Positions 18,935-28,331 of a stretch of 44,537 bases of DNA are shown one piece after another; within the stretch, counting starts at the first letter, position 1; each line of letters begins with the position of its first letter. The DNA is from a phage. The DNA lies in assembly GCA_034027115.1 (NCBI GenBank), contig GCA_034027115.1_4703.1. The stretch is one strand, 5' to 3'. The translations under genes and the position numbers were made by a program. The notes below the pieces were generated by a model, which was not told where the DNA came from, ran no database searches, and saw only the letters and a program-made list of their open reading frames with translations.

Positions 18935-19963
18935 ATGCGACCAAACTTCGACTTCGGAGCTACAGTATCGGAAGACAATAACCTGTTGCTGTGGCCAACT
19001 GAAGGTAATAGAATCGCTTTAATAGATGCTGACATGTTACCCTACATCGTAGGTTATACAATCAGTGACATGACTTATGTACGAGCCACAACTCGTGTTA
19101 AGTCAGGACAAGTCCCATCAATCAAAGATACACCTGAGTGTAAGCAAGCGTGTGACCGTGTGAACTCCTTGCTTAACTCTTGGGTGTATGCAGCAGAGTG
19201 TGATGCTGCTAAGTTATTCATGACGAAATCAGAAGCTAACTTCCGAGTTCGCCTAGCCTTCACCAAACCTTATAAGGGTCAACGTAAGACCGAGAAGCCT
19301 CCGTTCTTCTATGAATTGCGAGAGCATCTCTTAGAGGTTCATGGTGCAATATTGGCAGATGGAGAAGAGGCTGATGACCTCATGAGCATTGCACAATGGG
19401 ACAGCCACCGCCGCTTCCAGCAAGATACAGGTAACGAGTTCCCTATCGGTAGTCCAGAGCATAAAGCATTCTCTGATACTTGCATCGTTTCCTTAGATAA
19501 GGATTTGATGATTGTTCCCGGTTGGCATCTTCAGCCGGGTCAAGAGAAGAAATGGGTAGAGCCTATGGGTTGGCTTGAGTTACGCCGTAAGGCTAATGGT
19601 CAGGTTAAAGACCTTAAAGGTGCTGGCCTCATGTTTCATTATGCACAGATGATTATCGGTGATGATATTGATAACTATGCTGGCATACCTGGACGTGGTG
19701 CTAAATACGCCTATGATCTTCTCAAAGATTGTAAGACAGAGAAAGAGTTGTACATGGCAGTGCTTGGTGCTTACAAGGCTAAGTTCGGACATGGACAAGT
19801 TAAGATTAAGAATTACCGAGGTGGTTATCGTATCGGCAAGGCTTTTGACCTGATGCTCGAATGTGGTCGCCTAGCTCACATGGCAAGATTCAAAGGTGAT
19901 ATATGGCGAGCCGATAAGAACCCAATCTTGTGGGGAGATGATGCAGAATGGTTAGCAAATTAA
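18935..19963 (+). CDS. 5'-3' exonuclease (T7 gp6-like, FEN family).
   Basis: AAGGAG SD 8 nt before ATG 18935; IALIDADMLPYIVG acidic motif resembles the gp6 N-terminal catalytic region. Confidence 0.85.
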   Translation: MRPNFDFGATVSEDNNLLLWPTEGNRIALIDADMLPYIVGYTISDMTYVRATTRVKSGQVPSIKDTPECKQACDRVNSLLNSWVYAAECDAAKLFMTKSEANFRVRLAFTKPYKGQRKTEKPPFFYELREHLLEVHGAILADGEEADDLMSIAQWDSHRRFQQDTGNEFPIGSPEHKAFSDTCIVSLDKDLMIVPGWHLQPGQEKKWVEPMGWLELRRKANGQVKDLKGAGLMFHYAQMIIGDDIDNYAGIPGRGAKYAYDLLKDCKTEKELYMAVLGAYKAKFGHGQVKIKNYRGGYRIGKAFDLMLECGRLAHMARFKGDIWRADKNPILWGDDAEWLAN

Positions 19964-20358
19964 AATCATCGGAGGTAGCAGCTTATAAGAGGGAACTGCT
20001 AGAGAAGCAAGGATGGAAGTGCCCCCTATGTGGCGGCAGCCTCAAGGCTGTTACTCCTATAAACCGTGTACTTGACCATGACCATGAGACAGGATTCTGC
20101 CGTGCTGTTGTATGCCGAGGCTGCAATGGTGCAGAAGGAAAGATTAAGGGTGTTATCTCTGGTTATGGTAAGGCTGGTAACAACCGTTACTTCCAGCTTC
20201 AATGGTTAGAGCGACTATATGAATACTGGAAGTTACATAGTACGCCTCAGACAGATAAGTTATATCACAAACATCAAACGGAGGCAGAGAAGCGCGAGGT
20301 TAAGAACCGTAAGGCACGCCTTGCTTATGCAAGAAAGAAGGAGGTTAAAGTTGGGTAA
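19948..20358 (+). CDS. Endonuclease VII-type Holliday junction resolvase.
   Basis: CPLCGG...LDHDHETGFCRAVVCRGCNGAEG matches the Endonuclease_7 signature (CxxC, DHDH, CxxCN). Confidence 0.85.
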   Translation: MVSKLKSSEVAAYKRELLEKQGWKCPLCGGSLKAVTPINRVLDHDHETGFCRAVVCRGCNGAEGKIKGVISGYGKAGNNRYFQLQWLERLYEYWKLHSTPQTDKLYHKHQTEAEKREVKNRKARLAYARKKEVKVG

Positions 20359-21358
20359 GCTTCGCAGCTTGTACAAAGACTCCGAGGTACTTGATGCAAT
20401 CGAGCAAGCTACCGACGAGAAAGGTAATGTTAATTACAATGAGATGGCACGTGTATTATCGTGTCACCCTGTGGGTAAGAAGATTACCCGCCAGTTGGCT
20501 CGATACTGGCATGGTCAATTCAAGAAGACCAAGAAGAATGGTGATTATTACCAGACCCTTCTGCAAGAAGATAAGCGTATCAAAGAAGAGCGTAAGCTCA
20601 GGACTCCTGACCGCTACGAGGATTTGGCTATTGTACCATTGCCTGACTCGCCTCATCGAAGTGTATTGGTAATCCCTGATACTCATGCACCTTATGAGCA
20701 TCCAGATACCTTAGAGTTCCTTGCAGCAGTCGCGGCACGTTACCGTCCAGATACAGTGGTTCACTTAGGAGATGAGGCAGATAAACACGCCCTCTCCTTC
20801 CATGACTCTGACCCGAATCTGGATAGTGCTGGCATGGAGCTAGAGAAGGCTCGTGTCTTCATGCACAAGTTGCACAAGATGTTCCCTGTGATGCGCCTGT
20901 GTCATTCTAATCACGGCTCTATGCACTTCCGTAAGGCAAGCGCCAAGGGTATTCCAGTGCAATATCTTCGCACCTACCGTGAAGTCTTCTTCCCAAATGG
21001 AGGTGGCGACCAGTGGGATTGGCAGCATACACATGTTCTTGAGTTGCCGAATGGCGAACAGGTGGCATTCAAGCATCAACCTGCTGGCTCTGTCCTAGCA
21101 GATGCAGCGCATGAGCGTATGAACCTTGTGTGTGGTCACTTGCACGGTAAGATGTCTGTGGAGTACGCACGTAATACACATGAACAGTATTGGGCTGTGC
21201 AAGGTGGCTGCTTAATTGATGAGTCATCCCGTGCATTTGCCTATGGGCGTGAGTCTAAATACAAGCCAGCATTAGGTTGTGTGGTTATTCTGGAGGGTGT
21301 ACCTCATATTGTCCCGATGCAAACCAATAGCGACAACCGTTGGATTGGCAAGATTTAG
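20353..21358 (+). CDS. Calcineurin-like metallophosphoesterase (start uncertain: TTG 20353 after AGGAGG, or a later ATG).
   Basis: Ordered motifs DTHAP, GDEAD, SNHG and GHLHG are the phosphoesterase signature set (DxH, GDxxD, GNH[DE], GHxH). Confidence 0.8.
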
Positions 21359-21373
21359 TTGACACTATAGAAC
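21353..21373 (+). promoter_or_regulatory. Phage promoter variant (ATTTAGTTGACACTATAGAAC).
   Basis: Overlaps the phosphoesterase stop codon; core CACTATAGAA intact. Confidence 0.55.
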
Positions 21374-21458
21374 AAAGGGCTAGGTAAGACTTTATCGGCT
21401 GGCGTATCCAAATGATATTGCACTAGCCCTTGATTGTATAGTGAATGGAGGATTCAAT

Positions 21459-21962
21459 ATGTCACACTATGAATGTAAGAAGTGTCATAAGCGTTATGAT
21501 TACTGTACTTGTGGTCAAGAGAAAACATCTTTTAAAGTTGGAGACAAGGTATTTCGTAATGAAAAAGATTCTATTCCTTGGAATCAATTCTGCAAAGAAG
21601 CTGGTATTGACCCTGATAGCCCTGTAACCATAGATGATATTGATGGCATTAACTTGTGCTTTCGTGAGGTGAGGGGTACAGGTTGGGATTCCAAAAAATT
21701 CAAACTTGCATCTGATAAGTTAGACAACAATATGGTAACTCAGCCTAAGCACTACGAGTTCTTTGATGGTGTAGAGGCAATCACTATCATTGCCCGCAGT
21801 ATGACTGAAAAGCAATTCGCTGGGTACTGCATGGGTAATGCCCTTAAGTATCGCCTGCGTGCAGGTAAGAAGTTCAATACTGAAGAAGACTTGAAGAAGG
21901 CAGACTATTATAAAGAGTTATTCCAGAAGCATCGTCACGAATGTATTGATGAGGATATTTAA
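21459..21962 (+). CDS. DUF3310-like phage protein with N-terminal Cys cluster.
   Basis: GGAGG SD 8 nt before ATG 21459; PKHYEFFDGVEAITII...GYCMGNALKYRLRAGKK...DLKKADYY resembles the DUF3310 signature as I recall it. Confidence 0.7.
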   Translation: MSHYECKKCHKRYDYCTCGQEKTSFKVGDKVFRNEKDSIPWNQFCKEAGIDPDSPVTIDDIDGINLCFREVRGTGWDSKKFKLASDKLDNNMVTQPKHYEFFDGVEAITIIARSMTEKQFAGYCMGNALKYRLRAGKKFNTEEDLKKADYYKELFQKHRHECIDEDI

Positions 21963-21963
21963 T

Positions 21964-22137
21964 ATGGAAGGTAAACTGTATAGAGGGTGCTTCGGTAACT
22001 TATATAAAGTAAGCTCTCGCGGTTTTGTATTGACCTCTGATGATGAAGGTGCAATGTGGCACCTAAGTGCATATGGTTCTAACTTAGCACACTTTAAAGA
22101 GGCAATAGTCAAAGGTGTGATGAAGGAGGTGAAATGA
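21964..22137 (+). CDS. Hypothetical small protein (57 aa).
   Basis: ATG two nt after the upstream stop; ends overlapping the ligase start. Confidence 0.35.
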   Translation: MEGKLYRGCFGNLYKVSSRGFVLTSDDEGAMWHLSAYGSNLAHFKEAIVKGVMKEVK

Positions 22138-23081
22138 ACATCTTCCAATTCCTAGGTCTTCCAGAAGACCACCGCAATCATCCATTCATGCTGGTGAAGC
22201 ATCGCGGTGAAGTTCCTGAGAAGAAACTTACTTTTCCATGTTATGCACAGGTGAAACGAGATGGAATATTCAGTGCTGTTGTGGTGCGCAATGATGGTGC
22301 TGTTGCCATCTTTGGTCGTACTGGTAAGAAGCTCGCAAATGTTGAATCCTTGGAAAAGACGTTTAGTGTATTTCCTGTCGGGTTGTATCTTGGTGAGTTG
22401 CAATCTATGGCTGTTGATGTTTATCTTGAAGCTCTGTCAGGAGTGGTAAACCCTAATCGTACAGAGCCACTTGACTTCATAGGCCAGCAGATTAAAGACA
22501 ACCTGTATATCGACTTCTTCGATATGTTAACTATTAAGGCATTCCATGATGGATTCACTGATGTTTCTTATCTCAAACGTTACGATGCTTTACATCGTCG
22601 CATCGGCGCCCATCTTAGCGGGTACAACGCTATCCTTCCTATTACTCCTTGCCATAATGAGCGAGAAGTTGAAGCGTTTGCGCAAGAGCAGATAGACGCA
22701 GGCCGAGAAGGTGCGGTATTTAAACTTGACGTGGAGTACGAAAGTGGGCACAAGGGCTATCGTCAAACGAAGATCGTTCGTATGGTATCTTATGACCTCA
22801 CCTGCATTGGGTGGGAGGAAGGAAAAGGTAAGTATAAAGGTAAAGTAGCTAATTTAATCTTTAAATGGAAAGGTGGTAAGTCCGTTAAGGCTATGCTGGG
22901 GCGTGGCTGGTCACATGAGGATGCAGCACAGATGTATCACGATATTAAACACGGTGGCGAACTAAACGTCATTGGGAAAATCTTCGCTGTTAAGGCGTTA
23001 CAGGAATCTAGTAAGGGAGTCCTGAGACTTCCCAAGGTTTCTGAACTTAGGTTTGATAAGGAAGTCCCTGATGTCTTCTAA
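22134..23081 (+). CDS. ATP-dependent DNA ligase.
   Basis: Active-site KxDG motif (QVKRDGIFSAV); GAAGGAGG SD. Confidence 0.85.
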   Translation: MNIFQFLGLPEDHRNHPFMLVKHRGEVPEKKLTFPCYAQVKRDGIFSAVVVRNDGAVAIFGRTGKKLANVESLEKTFSVFPVGLYLGELQSMAVDVYLEALSGVVNPNRTEPLDFIGQQIKDNLYIDFFDMLTIKAFHDGFTDVSYLKRYDALHRRIGAHLSGYNAILPITPCHNEREVEAFAQEQIDAGREGAVFKLDVEYESGHKGYRQTKIVRMVSYDLTCIGWEEGKGKYKGKVANLIFKWKGGKSVKAMLGRGWSHEDAAQMYHDIKHGGELNVIGKIFAVKALQESSKGVLRLPKVSELRFDKEVPDVF

Positions 23082-23556
23082 TCCAAATTATCGAAAACCA
23101 CCTCGTACACCGCCAAGACCACTTGCCTACTGTCCTTTTACTGGAAAGCTTTTCCGTAAGTTCAAAGATGGCTGGAGAGAAACAGGACTTAGCAGAAAGA
23201 GTGATGGATATTTACAGTGTAAAGTCGATGGTAAGACTGTAAGTGTTCATGTTTTAGCAATGAATATGATGGGTTATGACACTACCGGCTTTACAGTAGA
23301 TCACATAAATCATATACGCTGGGATAATAGGTTTATTAATCTACGTCTATTATCTCATAAAGATAATTGTTTAAATAGAGAGGCGATACATATAAGTAAG
23401 CTGCCGAGTGGTAACTACAGAGCGCGATGTGGAAATGTTCATCTTGGCGTATTTGAGGATAAGTTACTTGCTCGTGGTGCTATCCTATGGTATCGCCATA
23501 GGGGATTTAATAATGTTAAATTCAATGAAGGCAACGCGTGCCGTAGAAGTAGCTGA
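23071..23556 (+). CDS. HNH homing endonuclease.
   Basis: DHINHIRWDNRFINLRLLSHKDN HNH signature; overlaps the ligase 3' end. Confidence 0.8.
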   Translation: MSSNPNYRKPPRTPPRPLAYCPFTGKLFRKFKDGWRETGLSRKSDGYLQCKVDGKTVSVHVLAMNMMGYDTTGFTVDHINHIRWDNRFINLRLLSHKDNCLNREAIHISKLPSGNYRARCGNVHLGVFEDKLLARGAILWYRHRGFNNVKFNEGNACRRSS

Positions 23557-23707
23557 AGCTATCTTTGAAACTTTATCCTGCGGCATGGAAGTGCCATATA
23601 CTTTACTTGCTGATGCAGAAGAACTTGGTCTTTCTGTAGAAGCTATCCAAGAGAAGGTTGACGAATTATATGGTACAGACGAAGAAGAAACCGACGATTT
23701 CATTTGA
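23513..23707 (+). CDS. Small acidic protein (64 aa), hypothetical.
   Basis: In-frame ATG at 23513; C-terminus ...GTDEEETDDFI. Confidence 0.4.
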   Translation: MLNSMKATRAVEVAEAIFETLSCGMEVPYTLLADAEELGLSVEAIQEKVDELYGTDEEETDDFI

Positions 23708-23836
23708 AGGAATGGAGATGCTTGAGATGATTCTCAAGCCTTCTTCTCCTAAGGTGACTAAGACTCATGAAGAGTTAATCGTTGATGAAGTTAAGCGTTA
23801 CATCATGGATTGTGTCAGAGCACAACTGGTGATCCA

Positions 23837-24298
23837 ATGATACGTCCAGCTTCCTTCCTAGATATTCCTGAGATTATAAACCTTGGGAATAAATATGTGG
23901 AAGAGGAAGTCAAGGTTGTAGCCCACCACTCAGCCTCATGGAATGCAGAACAAAGTGCACATAACCTTTGTGCATCTCTTAGTAGAGAAGATTTATTCCT
24001 ATGGGTTGCTGTAGATGAAGGGCAGATTGTAGGGTTCCTGTGGGCTGGCTATCACGAGTTGGCCCCTTGGACACCTGTAAGAGTTGCCTCTGACATTCTC
24101 TTTTATATTATACCAGAGAGGCGAGGAACACTTCTTGGTATGCGTCTCATCAAAGCCCTAAAGCAATGGGCTAGTGATAATGAATGCTCTGAGGTTCGCC
24201 TGTCTATCGCCTCTGGTATCAATGAAGAACGTGTCGGACGTATGTATAAGCGACTTGGCTTTGAACCGTTTGGCACTGTGTATAACCTGAAGTTCTAA
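23837..24298 (+). CDS. GNAT-family N-acetyltransferase.
   Basis: IVGFLWAGY...RRGTLLGMRLIKALKQWASDNECSEVRLSI...YKRLGF resembles the acetyl-CoA-binding core of GNAT enzymes; start taken at ATG 23837. Confidence 0.7.
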   Translation: MIRPASFLDIPEIINLGNKYVEEEVKVVAHHSASWNAEQSAHNLCASLSREDLFLWVAVDEGQIVGFLWAGYHELAPWTPVRVASDILFYIIPERRGTLLGMRLIKALKQWASDNECSEVRLSIASGINEERVGRMYKRLGFEPFGTVYNLKF

Positions 24299-24307
24299 GG
24301 AGATAAC

Positions 24308-24517
24308 ATGGGTGTTGTAAAGAAAGCATTTAAGGCTATCGGTCTTGCTCAAGATGCACCACGTATTGAAGCGAAAGTGCCAGCACAGCAGCTTGAGCGT
24401 AAGCCAGAGACTGAAGCTGAAGATATTCAGATTGGTGCAGGAGATGATGATGCTACTGCATCTGCAAAAGGCAAGCGTGGCCTTGTCCGTCCGGTAGCTT
24501 CTAGCTTGAAGGTGTAA
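24308..24517 (+). CDS. Small protein upstream of the portal gene (69 aa); possible minor virion protein.
   Basis: AAGGAGA SD; by position only. Confidence 0.5.
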   Translation: MGVVKKAFKAIGLAQDAPRIEAKVPAQQLERKPETEAEDIQIGAGDDDATASAKGKRGLVRPVASSLKV

Positions 24518-24518
24518 T

Positions 24519-26069
24519 ATGAAACAGAGCACAGATTTGGAGTATGGAGGTAAGCGGTCTAAGATACCTAAGCTATGGGAGAAATTCTCCACTAAACGTA
24601 GCTCTTTCCTTGATAGGGCGAAGCATTACTCCAAATTAACCTTGCCCTATCTGATGAATGACAAAGGTGATAACGAGACTTCGCAGAATGGATGGCAAGG
24701 TGTAGGTGCTCAGGCAACCAACCATCTAGCCAACAAGCTAGCGCAAGTACTATTCCCTGCACAGCGTTCCTTCTTCCGTGTAGACTTAACTGCACAAGGT
24801 GAGAAGGTTCTTAATCAGCGTGGCCTGAAGAAGACAGAGCTAGCTACCATCTTCGCTCAAGTGGAAACACGGGCAATGAAAGAGTTAGAGCAACGTCAAT
24901 TCCGGCCTGCTGTAGTAGAAGCATTTAAGCATCTTATTGTTGCTGGCAGCTGTATGCTATACAAGCCGAGCAAAGGTGCAATCAGTGCTATCCCAATGCA
25001 TCACTACGTAGTTAACCGTGATACCAATGGCGACCTGTTAGACATTATCTTGCTACAAGAGAAAGCCTTACGTACCTTTGACCCAGCTACACGTGCTGTA
25101 GTAGAGGTTGGCCTGAAAGGTAAGAAGTGCAAAGAAGATGACAGCGTTAAGCTGTACACACATGCTAAGTATCTTGGTGATGGATTTTGGGAACTCAAGC
25201 AATCTGCTGATGATATCCCTGTGGGTAAGGTGAGTAAAATCAAATCAGAAAAGCTACCTTTCATCCCATTAACTTGGAAGCGAAGCTATGGTGAGGATTG
25301 GGGTCGCCCTCTTGCAGAGGATTACTCCGGTGATTTATTCGTTATCCAATTCTTATCTGAAGCGGTTGCCCGTGGTGCTGCGCTGATGGCAGATATCAAG
25401 TACCTGATTCGTCCGGGTGCTCAAACTGATGTTGACCACTTTGTTAACTCTGGCACTGGTGAGGTTATCACTGGTGTAGAAGAAGACATCCATATTGTAC
25501 AGTTAGGTAAGTATGCAGACCTCACACCTATTAGCGCGGTTCTAGAGGTATACACTCGCCGTATCGGTGTTGTCTTCATGATGGAGACAATGACACGCCG
25601 TGACGCCGAACGTGTTACTGCTGTAGAAATCCAGCGAGATGCGTTAGAGATTGAGCAGAACATGGGTGGTGTATACTCCCTCTTTGCTACTACTATGCAA
25701 TCGCCAGTAGCGATGTGGGGTCTGCTGGAGGCAGGGGAGTCCTTCACTAGTGACCTAGTGGACCCTGTGATTATCACAGGTATTGAAGCTTTAGGACGCA
25801 TGGCTGAGTTGGATAAACTGGCTAACTTTGCTCAGTATATGTCACTGCCATTACAATGGCCTGAGCCTGTCCTAGCTGCTGTGAAATGGCCTGACTATAT
25901 GGATTGGGTGCGTGGTCAAATCTCTGCTGAACTGCCGTTCCTTAAATCGGCTGAAGAGATAGCACAAGAACAGGAAGCACAGATGCAAGCACAGCAAGCA
26001 CAGATGCTTGAAGAAGGTGTGGCTAAGGCCGTGCCGGGTGTAATTCAACAAGAACTTAAGGAGGCGTAA
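24519..26069 (+). CDS. Portal (head-tail connector) protein, T7 gp8-like.
   Basis: Size (516 aa), position before scaffold and capsid, acidic C-terminal region. Confidence 0.9.
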   Translation: MKQSTDLEYGGKRSKIPKLWEKFSTKRSSFLDRAKHYSKLTLPYLMNDKGDNETSQNGWQGVGAQATNHLANKLAQVLFPAQRSFFRVDLTAQGEKVLNQRGLKKTELATIFAQVETRAMKELEQRQFRPAVVEAFKHLIVAGSCMLYKPSKGAISAIPMHHYVVNRDTNGDLLDIILLQEKALRTFDPATRAVVEVGLKGKKCKEDDSVKLYTHAKYLGDGFWELKQSADDIPVGKVSKIKSEKLPFIPLTWKRSYGEDWGRPLAEDYSGDLFVIQFLSEAVARGAALMADIKYLIRPGAQTDVDHFVNSGTGEVITGVEEDIHIVQLGKYADLTPISAVLEVYTRRIGVVFMMETMTRRDAERVTAVEIQRDALEIEQNMGGVYSLFATTMQSPVAMWGLLEAGESFTSDLVDPVIITGIEALGRMAELDKLANFAQYMSLPLQWPEPVLAAVKWPDYMDWVRGQISAELPFLKSAEEIAQEQEAQMQAQQAQMLEEGVAKAVPGVIQQELKEA

Positions 26070-26989
26070 TGTCTTTCTCATTTACTGAACCGTCAACCAC
26101 TCACCCTACTGCTGAAGAGGGTCCGGTAGAAACCAAGGAGGTAACAACTGATGCTGCTACTACTGATGCTACTGCTGACGCTGGCACTGCTGTACAAGAT
26201 GACAATGCTGGTGCACAACCTACTGAAGACACCGGAGGAGGGGCTTCTGGACAGCCTTCAGAAAAAGGAGACAATGGCGGAGAGAATGGTGAATCTAAGC
26301 CAGATGATACCGCGACCGACACTGAGGAAGTGCAATACTTCTTCGGAGAACATGAAGTAACAATAGACATCCCACAGGATGTAACTGACAGCCTTAAAGA
26401 GAAAGGCATTGATGCCAAGCAGGTTGCCAAGGAACTCTATTCCAAAGGTGGCAAGTTTGAACTGTCAGATGCAACCAAGCAGAAATTGTATGATGCTTTT
26501 GGCAAGTTTGCGGTAGATGCTTACCTGTCAGGTCTTAAGGCTCAAAATGAAGCCTTCTTCCTGAAAGAAGCCAGCGCAGCTAAAGAGTTGGAAGCAGCTA
26601 ACACCCAACGCTTCTCTGATGTTTCTAAGGAAATTGGTGGCGAAGAAGGTTGGTCCCGTCTTGAGGAGTGGGCGCTTGAAACGCTATCCGATGACGAACT
26701 CACGGCATTCAATGCTGTGATGGAGTCTGGCAACCAGTACCTCCAGCAGTACGCTGTGCGTGAACTGGAGAGCCGCCGTAAGGCTGCACAGGGTGATGAT
26801 AGGCCATCCCTGATTGAGCCATCAGCACCTGCTAAGGCTAATGAAGAGAATGGCCCACTGACGCGAGATCAGTACGTTCAAGCAATCGCAACTCTTAGCC
26901 AGAAGTACGGCAATGACCGTAAAGCTATGGCAGAAGCTCAGGCTAAACTGGACGCCCGTCGCCGTGCTGGCATGGCTCGCGGTATCTAA
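26069..26989 (+). CDS. Capsid assembly scaffolding protein.
   Basis: Start overlaps the portal stop (TAATG) with AAGGAGG SD; acidic low-complexity N-terminus; position. Confidence 0.85.
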   Translation: MSFSFTEPSTTHPTAEEGPVETKEVTTDAATTDATADAGTAVQDDNAGAQPTEDTGGGASGQPSEKGDNGGENGESKPDDTATDTEEVQYFFGEHEVTIDIPQDVTDSLKEKGIDAKQVAKELYSKGGKFELSDATKQKLYDAFGKFAVDAYLSGLKAQNEAFFLKEASAAKELEAANTQRFSDVSKEIGGEEGWSRLEEWALETLSDDELTAFNAVMESGNQYLQQYAVRELESRRKAAQGDDRPSLIEPSAPAKANEENGPLTRDQYVQAIATLSQKYGNDRKAMAEAQAKLDARRRAGMARGI

Positions 26990-26995
26990 TTCAGT

Positions 26996-27018
26996 ATTTA
27001 CTGGACACTATAGAAGGG
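26996..27018 (+). promoter_or_regulatory. Phage promoter, consensus copy, upstream of the major capsid gene.
   Basis: ATTTACTGGACACTATAGAAGGG. Confidence 0.7.
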
Positions 27019-27068
27019 AGAAAAGTTCTCCCTAGTTATCAATTTGATTTATAAGGAGATTATAAGAC

Positions 27069-28277
27069 ATGTCTACACCGAATACTCTGACTAACGTTGC
27101 TGTATCTGCATCCGGTGAGGTTGACAGCCTTCTCATTGAGAAGTTTAATGGTAAGGTCAATGAGCAGTACCTGAAAGGTGAGAACATTCTGTCCTACTTT
27201 GATGTACAAACTGTTACTGGCACTAACACAGTGAGCAACAAATATTTGGGCGAAACTGAGTTGCAGGTGCTAGCACCGGGTCAGTCTCCTAATGCCACCC
27301 CTACTCAGGCGGATAAAAACCAGTTGGTAATTGATACCACTGTCATTGCTCGTAACACTGTGGCTCACATCCACGATGTACAAGGTGACATCGATAGCCT
27401 GAAACCAAAATTGGCTATGAACCAAGCCAAGCAACTGAAACGTCTGGAAGACCAGATGGCAATTCAGCAGATGCTGTTAGGCGGTATTACTAACACCAAG
27501 GCCAACCGTGACAAGCCGCGTGTTAAAGGGCATGGCTTCTCTATCAACGTTAACGTAATTGAGAGGGAAGCACTGGCTAACCCTCAGTATGTTATGGCTG
27601 CGGTAGAGTATGCTCTGGAGCAACAGCTTGAGCAGGAAGTGGACATCTCTGATGTAGCTATCATGATGCCGTGGAAGTTCTTCAATGCTCTGCGTGATGC
27701 AGACCGAATTGTAGATAAGACTTACACTATCAGCCAGTCTGGTGCAACCGTTAATGGCTTCGTTCTCTCTTCTTATAACTGCCCTGTGATTCCGTCTAAC
27801 CGATTCCCTACCTTCGCTCCGAATCAGGCTCACCACCTGTTGTCTAATGAAGATAACGGCTATCGTTATGACCCTATCGCAGCGATGAATGGTGCAATTG
27901 CTGTTCTGTTCACTGCCGACGCACTGCTGGTGGGTCGTACCATTGAAGTGACTGGTGACATCTTCTATGAGAAGAAAGAGAAGACTTATTACATTGACAC
28001 CTTCATGGCTGAGGGTGCAATCCCTGACCGTTGGGAAGCAGTGTCTGTAGTTACCACTAAACGTAATACAACTACTGGTACTGCTGAAGCTTCTGGTGGG
28101 GATCACGCAACCGTACTGGCTCGTGCACAGCGTAAGGCTGTATATGTCAAAACTGTAGGTGCTGCGGCTGCATCCTCTGCTGCCCCAGCAGGTGTCCAAG
28201 CGGAAGACCTTGTAGCGGCGGTACGTGCTGTAATGGCAAATGACATCAAGCCGACTGCAATGAAACCTGCTGAGTAA
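27069..28277 (+). CDS. Major capsid protein.
   Basis: 402 aa; strong SD TAAGGAGA; highly biased codon usage; position between scaffold and tail tube genes; terminator downstream. Confidence 0.92.
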   Translation: MSTPNTLTNVAVSASGEVDSLLIEKFNGKVNEQYLKGENILSYFDVQTVTGTNTVSNKYLGETELQVLAPGQSPNATPTQADKNQLVIDTTVIARNTVAHIHDVQGDIDSLKPKLAMNQAKQLKRLEDQMAIQQMLLGGITNTKANRDKPRVKGHGFSINVNVIEREALANPQYVMAAVEYALEQQLEQEVDISDVAIMMPWKFFNALRDADRIVDKTYTISQSGATVNGFVLSSYNCPVIPSNRFPTFAPNQAHHLLSNEDNGYRYDPIAAMNGAIAVLFTADALLVGRTIEVTGDIFYEKKEKTYYIDTFMAEGAIPDRWEAVSVVTTKRNTTTGTAEASGGDHATVLARAQRKAVYVKTVGAAAASSAAPAGVQAEDLVAAVRAVMANDIKPTAMKPAE

Positions 28278-28285
28278 TACCTATG

Positions 28286-28318
28286 CCCTATCTACCTTGC
28301 GTAGGTAGGGTTCTTTTT
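28286..28318 (+). terminator. Putative rho-independent terminator after the capsid gene.
   Basis: CCCTATCTACC-ttgcgta-GGTAGGG followed by TTCTTTTT. Confidence 0.55.
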
Positions 28319-28331
28319 GTTAGGAGGATTC

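Noticed and set aside
18732-19022. 96-aa + strand ORF overlapping the exonuclease start by about 90 nt
   Set aside because: Has a plausible SD, but the long overlap with the well-supported exonuclease gene and a hydrophobic, low-complexity translation make it doubtful; left unannotated pending expression evidence.
20219-20352. ORF-track start of the phosphoesterase frame at 20219
   Set aside because: That start lies deep inside the endonuclease VII gene; the TTG at 20353 after AGGAGG (or a later ATG) is the more plausible start.
27477-28199. 240-aa minus-strand ORF
   Set aside because: Lies entirely antisense to the major capsid gene; spurious open frame.
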